A stretch of DNA of 63,323 bases, the filler included, from Salisapilia sapeloensis CBS 127946 (taxonomy: Eukaryota > Protista > Oomycota), in the NCBI GenBank assembly GCA_023334545.1. It is 6 parts of 6 records of this genome, joined end to end, with 100 filler letters (N's around TTAATTAATTAA, not from the genome) between each part and the next. Parts side by side here need not be neighbours in the genome. Positions count along the whole stretch, not along the records: positions 22,451 to 47,539 come from JAADVB010000255.1; 5 more parts are not named here. The stretch is one strand, 5' to 3'. This document shows positions 33,545-47,119 of this stretch, one piece after another. Under the pieces are notes generated by a model. The model had not been told where the DNA came from. It worked only from the letters and a program-made list of their open reading frames with translations, and searched no databases. Each line of letters starts with the position of its first letter. Position 1 is the stretch's first letter. The translations under genes were made by a program, and so were the position numbers.

Positions 33545-35045
33545 TTAGTCTTGCGTCGGTTGGGTGTAGCTCTGGAGTTTCCCAGAGCACGTCGAGCATT
33601 GACCGATGATCAATTCGAGATGGTCAGCATATCCATTCATCTGGGCGACGTTATCCTTCCGATGCAAGTTAGCTATATGTTTATGGGAAGATGAGAAGAT
33701 TGTACTTCGAGTAGTTGGAGACGAGATTTGAGCTTGTCGACTGGTTCCTTGGACTCGGACTTTGTTTCTTTCGATTTGTTATTCGCACGAAGCGTTTCAC
33801 GTAGATTCGACACTTCTCGTTCCTTGGCTTCGATCGTTTGTGTCAACGATAGCTTCTGCGCGACAATGTCATTGTAGTCTGCATATAGGTCATTATGCTT
33901 GTCTATCGATGCGTTAGGAGTATGGAGATGATAATACATCACAACAAGTAAACCTTGAATCTCTTTCATGCTCGTCTGAGTCTTCTGGAGCTGATGACGA
34001 AGTTCGTTCACTGCTTGACGACTTTCCTCTCGATTCGCTTCGCAAGCTGAACACTCCTTGGAAGGATTCTTAGCCTCTACTTCTTGTGACGTCTGGACAC
34101 CAGCATCCTTTTTAGAGAAGACACTGGAAGTCTGGACAAGCTCTGCGCTAGGTACTGACTACAAGTCCACCGCATAAGTTGTGGTACGGTTGCTACTGAT
34201 GCAACGAATGTATACATTGTCGGTATTATCTTCTTCTTGGACCGTACCCTGCTGTAGTCGTTGACGCTTATTCGACGGTGGCTGAGCAGTAGAGTCCAGT
34301 TGATCTATAGACACATGACCTTTAGATAGTGCAAGGAAAGAGGAATGGAAGACGATACTCAAGGCATTGAACAGCTTTTCTGGTACAGACAATGCGTTCG
34401 CGTCGGCTTCTGGAGTATCTGCTCTGCATACGAACTTTGGCTCAAACGATCTAAAGAGTATAGAACGAAAGTTGTCAGTCTAAGTACTGCTGAGCAACAG
34501 ATTCATGAGAATACGTGGCATATTTCTTCTTTGCACGCAGACTTTGATCTTCCAAATCTTCCAGTCGCTGTAGTAATTCCTTTTTAGTCTGCTTTGATAT
34601 CGCTAAGTCTTCTTCTAGCATTGCAATGCGTTTCTCCTTATATTCGTTGGCCTCTTGGAGACTGCCGTTCGTCGTACAGAGCTCTGTATGACGGATATTC
34701 GCTGCTTTTTGCTGCTCCCGCACTATTCCAACACATGTAGAATCCATTTTAGCAATTTATCTTTCTACTTGTGCTTTCCTATTGCCTCATTGTTCACGTA
34801 CACTGGGCCAACTCCATTTTCAAAGAGCTTACTCGTTCCCCTGCACTTTCTTTTCCTCCTTTACGCTCATGCAATTGCTTCTTCAGACCCTGAACGGACT
34901 GCAAAAGCCCTTGCAGCACAGACAAACTCTCATCTGCCTCCTTTTCAGCTCCTTGCATCGTCCTCTCCTGCCGCGTCTTCAATTCGGTCGACGGAATGTT
35001 GGTCCAACTTCAAGAGAATAATCAGAACTGAGTACAAGTCCTCCA
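33545..35045 (-). CDS. Multi-exon coiled-coil protein of unknown function
   Basis: Heptad-rich ORF pieces (34794, 34475, 33673) flanked by GT-AG sites; last exon DNVAQMNGYADHLELIIGQCSTCSGKLQSYTQPTQD*; NLS-like PSNKRQRL; 5' end approximate. Confidence 0.6.
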
Positions 35046-35105
35046 TTTCACCATGCAAAAGCTTGTAAATATTTCATACTTGAAAATGTATAGAACTCGA
35101 CTAGC

Positions 35106-35972
35106 TTAGTGATGGATAAAGTTTCGGTAGAGAACGAAGGCAATGGCAGTGAGGAGGATCAGGATGACGGTGTAGAGGACGATGGTATTGGTGATGATGC
35201 GCCGAGTCATGCGCTGGAGGATCCGGCGAGCTTCACTTGTGGTTTCTCTTGTCTCTCGGACTTTGTCATGGGATCGCAAGAGACTCTCTCGCTGCTCGGA
35301 CAACGTATCCAGGACACTGATCCCAATCTCCTCCGTCTCAGATACCAGTCGCTGAGAGTCCTCCAGCTTCTTGGACGATGCCATCAGCCGATCCGTTCCG
35401 TCCATAATGCGTTCATAGTGAGATCCCTAATAGTTTCTTAGATCGAGCTTATATAAATGGGAAGAAGGAGCGAGTACTGTCTTGGGCTTCCGAAGATTCT
35501 TGGTATTGGCCTCCGTTGCCATGAGCTGAGCTCGCTCCAGGTCCTGCGTGAGCCCTTGCAGCTCTGTTCGGTACATGTTGATCTATATGTTGGGATAAGA
35601 TAATGCCAGACAAATCCAGAAGCATACTGATTAAAACCTTTGATTGCATCTCCTTCCGAGCCTTGGGTGCCTTTCCTCGCAACTCGATGTTCATCCGCTT
35701 TAACTGGTTTATACAATACTAAGCAAATGTAGTCAAGCATGGTATATAAATACACGTACGATTCGCTGAGCCTCCACTACATGGGCATGCGCATACTGTG
35801 CTGCTTGGGTCGTGGATCCTCCTACTCGATTGTCAATGTCAAAATAGATCCAGCTCGAGTATCCCTATATACCTGTATTCTCCACGATCTCATTGACCTT
35901 TTGGTTAATCTGTATCTTATTATCGACAAACTCTTCCTCGAGGGACTGGAACGCGTCCGCCTGCGACGCCAT
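35106..35972 (-). CDS. VTI1: Vesicle transport v-SNARE VTI1-like (Qb-SNARE); multi-exon
   Basis: First exon MASQADAFQSLEEEF; MNIELRG; SNARE motif LEDSQRLVSETEEIGISVLDTLSEQRESL; C-terminal TM anchor. Confidence 0.9.
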
Positions 35973-36203
35973 GCTGCTCAGCGTCTTCCTATTTTGTCTT
36001 GAGCGCCACCTAATCTCGCAACGCATTCAACCTTCTTTATGTATATTACTTCAACACCCTCATCTCGCATCGGATAGCGTCAAATAGGACCGTTTCGTAC
36101 TTGATCGAAGTAATCCACCGTACTTAATCGGAAGCATAATTTGCGGCTCCAGAGGCCTCGGTCATTTTCCAGTGGTGCAGTAGGAGCGCAGACCGCCGGC
36201 AAG

Positions 36204-37893
36204 ATGAAGTCCTCGATGGCGCGTGCGACGCGCGCGATGGGCCAAGGTATGTTAGTAGTCTATTCTCCCGTCTTATCTATATCGATTGTCTAGTGTTTTC
36301 CGTATGCTAACATGTTTTCCGCATCATTTTTGTTGCCTTGCAGTGCGCAATTTCCGCACAACAGCACCTCTTGCCAATGCTGTAAGTATATTCTTGATTT
36401 TGTATATCTAGTACATATACATGAATGTACATGATATACTTAAATGAATGAAATTTGTTAACTTTATTATGCACGTTAAACAGGCGGAAGAACCAGCCAT
36501 GACGCGTGTGTATGGTGGACTCAAGGATGAAGACCGTATTTTTACCAATGTGTACGGTGAAGACACCTGGCGTATCGATGGTGCCCTTCGTCGTGGAGAC
36601 TGGCACCGAACCAAGGACCTCTTGTGCATGGGTCCGGACTGGATCGTTCAGGAGGTCAAGGACTCTGGTCTTCGTGGACGTGGTGGTGCCGGTTTCCCGT
36701 CCGGTCTCAAGTGGTCGTTCATGCCCAAGCAGACAGACGGCCGTCCCTCGTTCCTCGTCGTCAATGCCGATGAAAGTGAACCTGGAACGTGCAAAGACCG
36801 AGAAATTATGCGAAAGGACCCGCACAAGCTCATTGAAGGATGTTTGGTTGCTGGATACGCCATGCGTGCGCGTGCTGCATACATTTACATTCGTGGTGAG
36901 TTCTTCAACGAAGCTCTCATCCTGCAGGAAGCCATCCACCAGGCCTACGAGAAGGGATTCCTTGGTGCCAATGCCTGCGGAAGCGGATACGACTTCGATG
37001 TCTACCTCCACCGTGGTGCCGGAGCTTATATTTGCGGTGAAGAGACTGGACTACTTGAGAGTTTGGAAGGCCGCCAGGGTAAGCCGCGTCTTAAACCGCC
37101 ATTCCCGGCCAACACGGGATTGTACGGTTGCCCGACGACGGTCACAAACGTTGAGACGGTGGCTGTCTCTCCTACAATCCTCCGCCGTGGTGCTTCGTGG
37201 TTTAACAGCCTCGGAAGGAAGAACAACCACGGCACCAAGTTGTTCTGCATCTCTGGCCACGTCAACAACCCTTGCACAGTGGAAGAGGAGATGAGTATCC
37301 CTCTGCGCGACTTAATTGAGAAGCACTGTGGGGGTGTCCGTGGTGGATGGGAGAACCTTCAAGCGTGTATCCCTGGTGGTTCGTCTGTCCCTGTCTTGGA
37401 CGAAGAATTGTGCCAGGATATCATGATGGACTTTGACGACTTGAAGATGAAGGGAGGCTCTGGTCTCGGCACGGCTGCCGTTACCATCTTCGACAAGAGC
37501 GTCGACATGGTCGGTGCCATCCGTCGTGTCTCTCACTTTTACACGCACGAAAGTTGCGGTCAGTGCACACCTTGCCGTGAAGGTACGGGCTGGATGGAGA
37601 ACATCCTCAACCGTATGGAGACGGGCGAGGCGGACATGGAGGAGATTCCGATGTTGGAAGAGATTTCTCGCCAGATCGAAGGTCACACGATCTGTGCGCT
37701 TGGTGACGCCGCGGCGTGGCCGGTGCAGGGTCTCATCCGTAAGTTCAAACACAAGCTGGAAGAGCGTATTGAGGACCCGTCGTCGTTCAACAAGGCGGAC
37801 TACTTCCAGAAGAGCTGGACCGGTGCTCCGTTCCAGAACCAGGAATGGGTGGACAAGTGGTCGGATGGCTCGGCCTACAAGGCTAAGGCTTAA
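36204..37893 (+). CDS. NDUFV1: NADH:ubiquinone oxidoreductase 51 kDa flavoprotein subunit; multi-exon with presequence exons
   Basis: [46 protein letters not shown] and [12 protein letters not shown]; presequence exon [14 protein letters not shown] at 36204. Confidence 0.97.
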
Positions 37894-37949
37894 CGAGGTG
37901 CTTTTAAAAAGAGGAAAAATCAAAGTTCGTTTGAGCAAAAATGCATAGA

Positions 37950-38747
<798 letters not shown>

Positions 38748-40289
38748 TCATCATACCTTCCACTCGATTGGTGATTATGATAAATTACAATATATGATTG
38801 GTAGAAAATAAAATGGACACAACTCGTGACAATAAAACAGCATGAGCCGAAAGTTGAGTGAAGAGAACCGGGTAAGCACCGATATTTCATCATACACGTT
38901 ATACAAGGCACTACAAATGGTGCATATTAGTTCTAAGGTGAGTTTCGTGTCCAATGATGTAGGATATTTACTACCGTCGAGCCAAAGAGGTCAGATTTCG
39001 AGCTCGATCTGCTTTTAAACTGCTCTAGTTGGACAAATAGTTTGGTCTACTTGTCAATGTAAAAAGAGTAATCGGTCTGTGTGCTGCCCAGGTAGCTGGG
39101 GCTAGGTGGTCAGACTTACACTTACAGCCTAGTAGAATTAGCAGTTTAGAAGTCACAGAACGAAAGCAAGCCAAGTGCTCGAGTCACCTCTGTCGATCTA
39201 CAGGAAATGGCACCCGCCCCTGTTATATTCATGCTTTAAGGCGACATCACGTCGAAGAAAACAGTAGATACCATCAGTTTGTACTTTTAAGGTCAAAAGA
39301 CTTAAATTGTCGTGAGTGACGGCGCATCTGATGTCATTGGCATGCACGACATTAACGAACATGCGCAAGCCGAACAACTCATCTCTACTCTCAATATCAC
39401 CGTTTTCGTTCTAGAGGAATGTGGCTTGTTTATGAAAAAGTCTTTTGTTGCGATCAGTATGACTTGCTCGCACCTCAGCTGAGTGTTTTCTTGTAATAGG
39501 TTCTCATGTGCAAAACCACAGAGCAATCGCATTACCAGTAGTAAAGCCTTTTTCGTGTGCGAGAATTTCAAAAAGCCTGCTGGGTATCAGCCGGTGATAA
39601 CATTCTAGTTTTTAGAGGATTATGGCATGTCCGAAGAAACTAGCGTTGATAAGGTGTTGGTCCCATACGTCGCATGTGGAGACTTGTCTGGATATGGCAA
39701 TGTAAAGACTATTTAATAAAAACACATTTGTCTTGTAAAACCCCTGTGGTTTATTATATGATGCTTACTTTGGAGTATTTCGAGGACAAGACAGTACTTT
39801 CAGAGGTTTTTTATGCTTTTGACTAGCTTGAGAGAGAGCAAACGATGCTAATTTTGCTGCTAATTCGCCATACGCAACGTGAATTCAAAATGACTTTATA
39901 ATCTTGTTAATATCCATACTAATTATCCAGAGTAGTCTCATCATTATAAGCATGCCATAATTAGCAGAGGTTCAGCTCTATGCTCAAGCCGAGCACGACG
40001 TCGCGCGTAGCTAGCTGACTAAGCTGAAATTCTATGCTGCTCAATACACAACATGTTTCATCTAATTTAAATCTTGACAGCATTTAATATGACAAAAAAT
40101 CTTCAATGCTAGCCCAAAAATTTCCTACCAAAGTTGACTATCGCACTCACGCACATGCTATTTCGCAGGAGCAAACAAATTGACTTTTTAGCAATCAAAA
40201 CACTTTAATGGGAATAATCGTGTCGAAAGTGGTCAATGTCAATCCCTACAAAGTCAGTCATATCATGAAATTAGAATTAGCTTAACGCT

Positions 40290-42038
40290 TTATACCACGT
40301 GTATTCCATATAATGTGGACTTACCGAAATGTACGAGTGTGAACTGTAAGATAAAGTTGACATTCAGAAACACTCTTCCTTGAATCTGCGCTGTCTGGGT
40401 TTCTAAAACGAATGCTAGCAAGTGCACAGATGAGAAACCAAATCGCGCTTTTAGAGCCCAATGGAGTAGAAGGAAGGATGCAAGCTCCATCATAGCGTAG
40501 GCCAAGAAAGATATGGCATCCACATGTATTCCATCTGAAGCCAATGACTGAGAATGCGGGTAATAAGCACGATTAGGAAGCAAAACAAGTATGCTTAGAT
40601 ACAATAGGTAAAGCATTGGTACAACACACTCCGTAAGCTCGACCATGACTTCGTATTCAGCATGAAATAGCAATTGGCTCGCTTGCTGAACAATAAGGAC
40701 CTGATCTTGTAGCTTCAAGCAAGATAATTTATCGCTCCTTGTCACAACATTGTCATTCTTAGTCTTCGCAGTGCATATATCCATTGTCGATGGGGCTATA
40801 ACATTCTGGGCAATGCCACTGGCTGTACGAACGTGATGACTTGCCACATTTACTTTTGTAGAATTCGACGCTTTTGGTTTGATATTCCTTACAGAATGCG
40901 ATAGCCCAAGCAAAACGCCGCTTCCAGATGAAGAAAAGGAATACCGGCTCGTTGATACTAAACGAAACGATTTAGATTGGAGCTGCTGTGTAGCCTTTGG
41001 ATTACGACAAATATCAAGCACAATTGATAGTAAAGTTGGTCGTGTGTTCTGGAATTTGTCATCCTTAATCAGGTCATACAATTGTTTCGATGCCATCTGC
41101 ATCTCAATTACAGTTAAAATCGATTGAATTGCATCCATGGCAACGACAATGATTATACTCCATGTAGAATGTGAAGTTTGGAGGCAAACAGAGACGAAAA
41201 GGGCATTGAACACTTCACAGCCAAAGACTGTAGCCACTGGAATAGACGACTCTGTATTGGAACCCTGAAGTGTCCATGTGAAAGCGTTTTTTACAAGTAG
41301 TTTCACAACCGGGATGAATAGTACAGCAATGAGCTGACCGGTGGGACTAATGAATTGATACACTATACTGAAGGTAGTGTACGTTAATAGAAGAATGCTG
41401 TTGGCAAGCAGTCCAATCTGCTGCCGCTTGTATTCTTGCCTGTACTCCGCACTTCTCACTGTCTGACATCCCATAACGACAAAGGTTGCGAGAGTCGAAA
41501 AGAGGAAAAACACTGGGGCACTAAGGACGATCCCATAAGGAATAGGAAATGTCCATAAGTAAGCTACCAACATATAGACCCCGACGTAGCCACTTGCACA
41601 CATTGCAGATATGAGTGCAGCGCGACGGCAATTCATCGATAAGCGCGGAATGGTAGGTGCAATTTGATATAAAATACCAAAATTTGCTGTAAAGGTGACA
41701 CTCCAAGCACGCAACCAGAAAACTTCTTGTTGGTCCCAAGGCTTTGTGGGTGGCTGTAGCGACACAAGATCAAGCAGTATGGAGAACAGCACAGCAGGTA
41801 ACAGTATACCGAGACAAACTGCAATAGCTCGAAGGTAGGATGTTTGATCACAATAGTCTTGGAAAGCTTTTATACGGTCCACTGAGTAGTTCCCTCGATT
41901 ATATATCTGGACTCGCGCATAAAGCTCGAAAAGCTTCGATACCGCTCTAGAAAAACATGAAGGACGGTCAGCTCCAGATGTGCTGAACGTTGCCACGTCC
42001 GCACCTCTTATTTCAGCAGGATGTACACTTGACGGCAT
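40290..42038 (-). CDS. Oomycete-specific multi-pass transmembrane protein
   Basis: GNYSVDRIKAFQDYC motif, many hydrophobic helices, LAFVLETQ...QG near the C-terminus; a short 3' exon probably follows the GTAAGT donor near the ORF end. Confidence 0.75.
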   Translation of the reverse strand: MPSSVHPAEIRGADVATFSTSGADRPSCFSRAVSKLFELYARVQIYNRGNYSVDRIKAFQDYCDQTSYLRAIAVCLGILLPAVLFSILLDLVSLQPPTKPWDQQEVFWLRAWSVTFTANFGILYQIAPTIPRLSMNCRRAALISAMCASGYVGVYMLVAYLWTFPIPYGIVLSAPVFFLFSTLATFVVMGCQTVRSAEYRQEYKRQQIGLLANSILLLTYTTFSIVYQFISPTGQLIAVLFIPVVKLLVKNAFTWTLQGSNTESSIPVATVFGCEVFNALFVSVCLQTSHSTWSIIIVVAMDAIQSILTVIEMQMASKQLYDLIKDDKFQNTRPTLLSIVLDICRNPKATQQLQSKSFRLVSTSRYSFSSSGSGVLLGLSHSVRNIKPKASNSTKVNVASHHVRTASGIAQNVIAPSTMDICTAKTKNDNVVTRSDKLSCLKLQDQVLIVQQASQLLFHAEYEVMVELTECVVPMLYLLYLSILVLLPNRAYYPHSQSLASDGIHVDAISFLAYAMMELASFLLLHWALKARFGFSSVHLLAFVLETQTAQIQGRVFLNVNFILQFTLVHFGKSTLYGIHVV

Positions 42039-42285
42039 GATAAGTACCTTAACTATCAAGCTGAGCAAGTAAAAACTCCTACATGCCCTAAAATACTTTT
42101 TCATTAGCTATATTAAACTATACTATAGCTAGATAGCACAAACTTCAAGTAAAATTCCACCAATCCGACTGTTTTAAATATGCTCACATCCTTTTTGATT
42201 GGCTATCGAAACCCAGACCAAGTCGCAAGTCAACAACATGACGAAGTATTCAAACCGATCGCACTTCGGTACATGACGGACGGCG

Positions 42286-43206
42286 ATGCCGGCGCTTGTG
42301 ATACCACCCGGAGTCTTCATCGCGATACTCAGCTCTGTCGTCAATGCTCTGTGCGATCCGCTGCGCAAGTACTTGACGCAGTTCATGGACCCGTTCTCGC
42401 TTGTCGCTGCTCGAGGATTAATACAAGCGCCAATTTTCATTGCGTGGGCATTGGCCGACACTGGTGGCGTATTACCACCGCTAAACCGCCTCTTCTGGCT
42501 AGCTGCAGGAGTCAGTGGCGGCATTAACATCGCCACGAGCTACCTGTACAATCGTAGTGTCCAGATTTCCAGCATCTCGGCGACCGTACCTTTTCTCTCG
42601 TTCACACCCGCATTCCTCGTCGTCGTCGCGTTCTTATTACTCGGTGAAGTGCCGACTACCTGGGGTTTCCTCGGAATTACAATCGCAGCCGCTGGAGGTG
42701 CATGGCTGCAGGGCTGTAGTGATGATCCGGGTGCGAAAGACTTGACTTTAAACCCTCACAGTGCCACCAAAGGGTCCATGTACATGGTCCTAGTCGCTTT
42801 CCTCTGGAGCATTTCCAATGCATTTGATAAAATCGGCGTCCAGAACTCGACGGCGCTATTGTATGGAGCGACCATCCAGACGATTGTGGCAGTTGGATGC
42901 GGTGCCCTGCGCTTCTTCCAAGTTGGTCGACATGAAATTCAGCATCCGATCGGGATGAAGGCCAAGATACCGTGGAAGGTAGTCGCTCTGACAAGTGTCA
43001 CAAGTGTGTTTGCGTACTATATCAATCTCGTCGCAACACAGCAGCTTGAAGTGTCCTATGTGATCGCTATCAAACGATCTGGATGCATTTGGAGCGTTTT
43101 GTTAGGCAAAGTGTTTTTCCATGAGCGGAATCTAAGGAAAAAGTTACCAAGCATCTGCCTCATGGTGCTTGGTGTCGTGTGCATCGTAATAGGGAACGAG
43201 ACGTGA
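42286..43206 (+). CDS. EamA/DMT-family transporter, prokaryote-like; intronless
   Basis: About 10 TM helices in two repeats; ISATVPFLSFTPAF, LLGEVP and SYVIAIKRSGCIWSVLLGKVFFHER. Confidence 0.85.
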   Translation: MPALVIPPGVFIAILSSVVNALCDPLRKYLTQFMDPFSLVAARGLIQAPIFIAWALADTGGVLPPLNRLFWLAAGVSGGINIATSYLYNRSVQISSISATVPFLSFTPAFLVVVAFLLLGEVPTTWGFLGITIAAAGGAWLQGCSDDPGAKDLTLNPHSATKGSMYMVLVAFLWSISNAFDKIGVQNSTALLYGATIQTIVAVGCGALRFFQVGRHEIQHPIGMKAKIPWKVVALTSVTSVFAYYINLVATQQLEVSYVIAIKRSGCIWSVLLGKVFFHERNLRKKLPSICLMVLGVVCIVIGNET

Positions 43207-43228
43207 ACATATCGTGACTGTTTTTGGT

Positions 43229-43732
43229 CTATTGGATTTTAAATTCTTGTCCTTCCGTCGTGTCGAGCCACTCCTTGGACTGGTTAATGTCGTTCTGGAT
43301 TGCATCGACAAGAGCCTCTAGACTCGGATAGTTCTCCTCTGGACGCAAGTACCCAGTGATCACGAATTTCAATTTCGAGTCGTAGAAATCGCCATCAAAG
43401 TCATGAATCAAATGAGGTTCCACCGTTTTCTCCTAGTAAAAGCACGACATCAATACATCTATAATAGTAGACCCATGTGATTGAGAACGGACTTTGTTGT
43501 TGTAGTATGGGTTGTATCCGATGCTGCCGACTGCCTTATATGGTCCGTCATTGCGGCCTTCGATTGTCGCCCAGCCACAATAGATGCCAGTTTCCACTTC
43601 ATCCAACGCACTTCCAAGGTCCTCCGCACACATATTAGCTGTAGGACATCCCAACTGCTTTCCACCTCGCCCAAAGCCCGTGACGACTCTGGCTGTAAGC
43701 GTTATCGGGTACTCCAGCTTCCGGACGCTCAT
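43229..43732 (-). CDS. RFK: Riboflavin kinase; 2 exons
   Basis: VVTGFGRGGKQLGCPTAN, SIGYNPYYNNK, spliced TVEPHLIHDF.DFY and GYLRPEENYPSLEAL. Confidence 0.95.
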
Positions 43733-45917
43733 TCTCAAACTTGTTGTCGAGAACGCATGTCAATAGACCTTCAGTTATAACGTTATTAACATTCACGTAA
43801 TTTACGTTTTGCTTGCAATATATAAAATAACTTTCAAGATGATAGGAACTGGAAATGCGTCGCTACCAGACTAATTCTAACTTAGATAGGATGTGTTTAT
43901 CACCACGAGTTGAGTGCGTCCTTAAGCTTTATGCTGTCGCGTAGACTGTTTCATTATGCTGTAAAATGATTTCAGAAATATATTTGGTAATTCACACTCT
44001 AGAATTGTAGCTACCCAAAAATTGGTGGTGAGCGAGAAAGTTGTAAAGATGCGATATAATCAGTTCCTATTGCTAAAGTGGGGTCAATACGATTGCTGGT
44101 ATAAAAGGAGTTCAAGCTTACTTTCATGACCCAGTAACTGCATCCTACATTTGTCCGGAGTTTCAACAGAGGAAAGCCTTTATAAGATTGTAAACTTTTG
44201 TCTTTTGGTTCAAGATGCTGCAATAAAGTCTCCAACCTTCTCATGGATGAGGAAGGATAGCTAGATCCCAATTCTTTGACTTGAATACTTGCAGACATTA
44301 GTTCTGCTTTTCCATGAGAATCTTTATATCAGTTACCTCTTTAAGTTTTTGGAGCTATCGTTTCTTTACTTTTTAAAAGATATATCGTCGAGTGTATCCG
44401 ACTGTAAATGGTTTGCATTTCTATTCCACCATTTTCGCCAATATTTTTTGAAGCTGCTTTCGTTCTCTCACTGACTTTGTGTAAATCGGAGCCTTGCAAC
44501 AAGATCTCAACACGAACTATCATTCCATACGTCAGCATTTATCCCACTTTTACGACCTCTCAACCTTATTCGACTCGTTGCTTTCATAAGTAGTTATCAA
44601 TAGCTGACGGAATAAGTATGTTTCGCAAGACGTTACTCTGGCGTAAGACAGCTCCATGATCCGGAACAAGCCCAATCAAAGGACAACAAAACTAATGGTC
44701 GTTTTAACATGAAACCTTTGCTGACTTAAACGCACTAACTCACGGCCCTCCCTGCTGCCATCGATACCTACATTTTCGACATATCGCTGTAGATTCATGT
44801 CACTCAATTATCACGGTCTACAATAAAATACAATAGCCACTTTCAGGTCATATACCTCCCCTTCGCTACTATGTTCCAGAATAAACAAGATTTTACGTGC
44901 TTCTTTCGCTCTATCTGCTCTCCGAAGCGCAAAAAATAGATATTTGCCAAGTTACCATTCGTGCCGAATATGACCTTTTGTGTCTATTTGAGTTGACTTC
45001 CGCTTTAAAGCAACTTATGTAGTGGAAGGAAACGTAAGAAGTGGTTGCATTGATTCTTTTCCTACCTACCTGTGATATCCACCGAAGCAACATCACTCAC
45101 GTCCTTCTAAGTTACCATTGATCATGTTTTCATTAGTAGGTGCAGATCCGGTAATCCAAAGAATCGCAAATATGTAGCTTGAAGACTTGCAGGAACCTGC
45201 CACACCTTGCTATGAACTGGAATGCTGACAGAGTTAAACATGGCGTTTCATGGAGCTCAATGCCGATTAAACCTAGTTCAATCACTGGCCACGCTTTCAG
45301 TGAACTCGAAGTGCGTCTATCCCTTTTCGTGATTTTCTTTCTTATCTCTCGCGGAAATTCACATAGATCAATACGCTTCAAAAATGATACAATGATTTCC
45401 ACTGCCTTCCTTTCAATTGACCTCAGTGATGGGATGCACATGACGCCTCGATGATGTTCCACTGTTGATCTACTTGTACCGACGCTTGCATTTGCTGTTG
45501 GGAGGAAGACAAAGCGTGGTAAAGGCGAGGAAAGCCGATTAACAGATTCAGGTGGCTCGGTGTATGCACTCGATTAGGCCGAGTGTAGACATCATCACGA
45601 CAACTAGGCGATCATAGCTAGTGAAAAATTAGAAAGTCTTTAGCAGCAAACGATAGTAGATGCCGAGTATCCTTTAAGACTAATGGCTCCTTCTCCCTCC
45701 AAATTTCTAATCAGCGTAGCGCAGAACATAATCATAACAACAAATCAGTCAGCTGACAGTATGAAGTGAAGTGCCGCCTACTGTTTTGGCGACTAAACTG
45801 AATACATCGACGCAACCCTTAACTCTATGGACTCTTTTGGTTTCTGAACGGCTCATTTTCCAACTTTCCTCCAAAGGAACACATCAACCTCTTTTCTTGT
45901 CAAGCGACCTTGCTAAG

Positions 45918-46697
45918 ATGCTACGCTCCCTCTTAACACCTTTCGTTCTTGTGACTATGCTGCTGTCTACTCACGTTGAAGCGGCAGACTGTACCAATAA
46001 GCAAGTGGACGAAATTAGAGATCTGTTCGTGCATCCGGAACCACGCGTTGAAAATGATAGCTGCGTGGGTGCACACTTTGGCAATCTTAAGTGTGTCGAG
46101 GTTTGCAAAGATATATACGCAAGCAAGTCTGATGAGCTCCCCGATTGTAAAGTGATGTTTGAAAATATTGGCCGGATCCATATCCGAGATGTAGTGGATG
46201 GCTACAAAAGGTTCTGCGCAGACCGGGACAGTGATTTCATTCATACTTCCTATCTTGCGCAGTATGAAGCTAGCGAGTTGAAAAAATATTTCCCGAACAC
46301 TCCAGTTTATAAGTTTTGGAAGTCATGGAGTGGGTCGGATGATGCGTCAGAAAGTAGCAGTCAACGCGACGGGAGTGAAGAATCTAAAAGCGGGAGCGAG
46401 GACATGGACAGCGGGGATGAAAGCATCGAAAGCGGCAGTGAGGATGTGGGCAGCAGAAGCGAAAGTACGGGAAGCGAATTGAGTGGAGAAAGTGAAAGCG
46501 GCAGTGACAGCATGGACAGCGGTAGTGACAGCATGGGAAGCGGCAGTGAGGATATGAGCAGCGAAAGAGAAAGCATGGGAAGCGATTTGAGTGGAGAAAG
46601 TGAAAGCGAGAGTGAGAGTGGCGGTGCTGCTGGTATCCAACTACAAGCTGGTGTCTGCGTGGTTGCCGTTACAGTAGTGATTGCTTTCATCATGTAA
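45918..46697 (+). CDS. Secreted elicitin-like protein with a Ser/Glu/Gly repeat stalk and C-terminal hydrophobic (GPI-type) tail
   Basis: Signal peptide MLRSLLTPFVLVTMLLSTHVEA; six Cys including LPDC; acidic Ser-rich linker; AAGIQLQAGVCVVAVTVVIAFIM tail. Confidence 0.7.
   Translation: MLRSLLTPFVLVTMLLSTHVEAADCTNKQVDEIRDLFVHPEPRVENDSCVGAHFGNLKCVEVCKDIYASKSDELPDCKVMFENIGRIHIRDVVDGYKRFCADRDSDFIHTSYLAQYEASELKKYFPNTPVYKFWKSWSGSDDASESSSQRDGSEESKSGSEDMDSGDESIESGSEDVGSRSESTGSELSGESESGSDSMDSGSDSMGSGSEDMSSERESMGSDLSGESESESESGGAAGIQLQAGVCVVAVTVVIAFIM
46389..46604 (+). repeat. Coding higher-order tandem repeat: 2 x 108 bp, each made of four 21-bp units and one 24-bp unit
   Basis: SGSEDMD-SGDESIE-SGSEDVG-SRSESTG-SELSGESE / SGSDSMD-SGSDSMG-SGSEDMS-SERESMG-SDLSGESE. 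Confidence 0.85.
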
Positions 46698-47119
46698 GGC
46701 GAGACATAAAGTAAAAGCATGTTAAATGTGGAGTGATAATGTAGATAATACAAATATTCTCTCAATGTTTCTACTCTTTGGTCTAGGCTTGGCTGCTTGT
46801 GCTCATGGACATGTGGTAACATGGTCGTATTTGTAGGTATATGGCAAGCTTCTTGCAGCTATCAACATGCGACTGCATACTTAATGTGACCAATTCGCTT
46901 TTCATTTATGCATTCTTTTCGCGAAAGCAAAGCATTTATTCATGTTGGTTGCTGCATACTCCATCATAGCCATGTCCGTTTTTCGCACGACTTGCTTCCC
47001 AGCTATTCACCTTCCAGATTCGGTCGCCTTGATTATATAGATAACATTAAAACTTGCAACCATTGCTACATTCCACTTTTCAAGTGTATAGCCATCCGAG
47101 TTTAGATTTGCTAGCTTAC

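Noticed and set aside
36448-36501. ORF-track start [11 protein letters not shown] for NDUFV1
   Set aside because: This stretch is intronic or a read-through extension; upstream presequence exons start at 36204.
43800-45700. Short ORFs (44011, 45133, 45179) as RxLR or Crinkler effector remnants
   Set aside because: No signal peptide plus RxLR-dEER or LFLAK motif; the frames are interrupted and unrecognisable.
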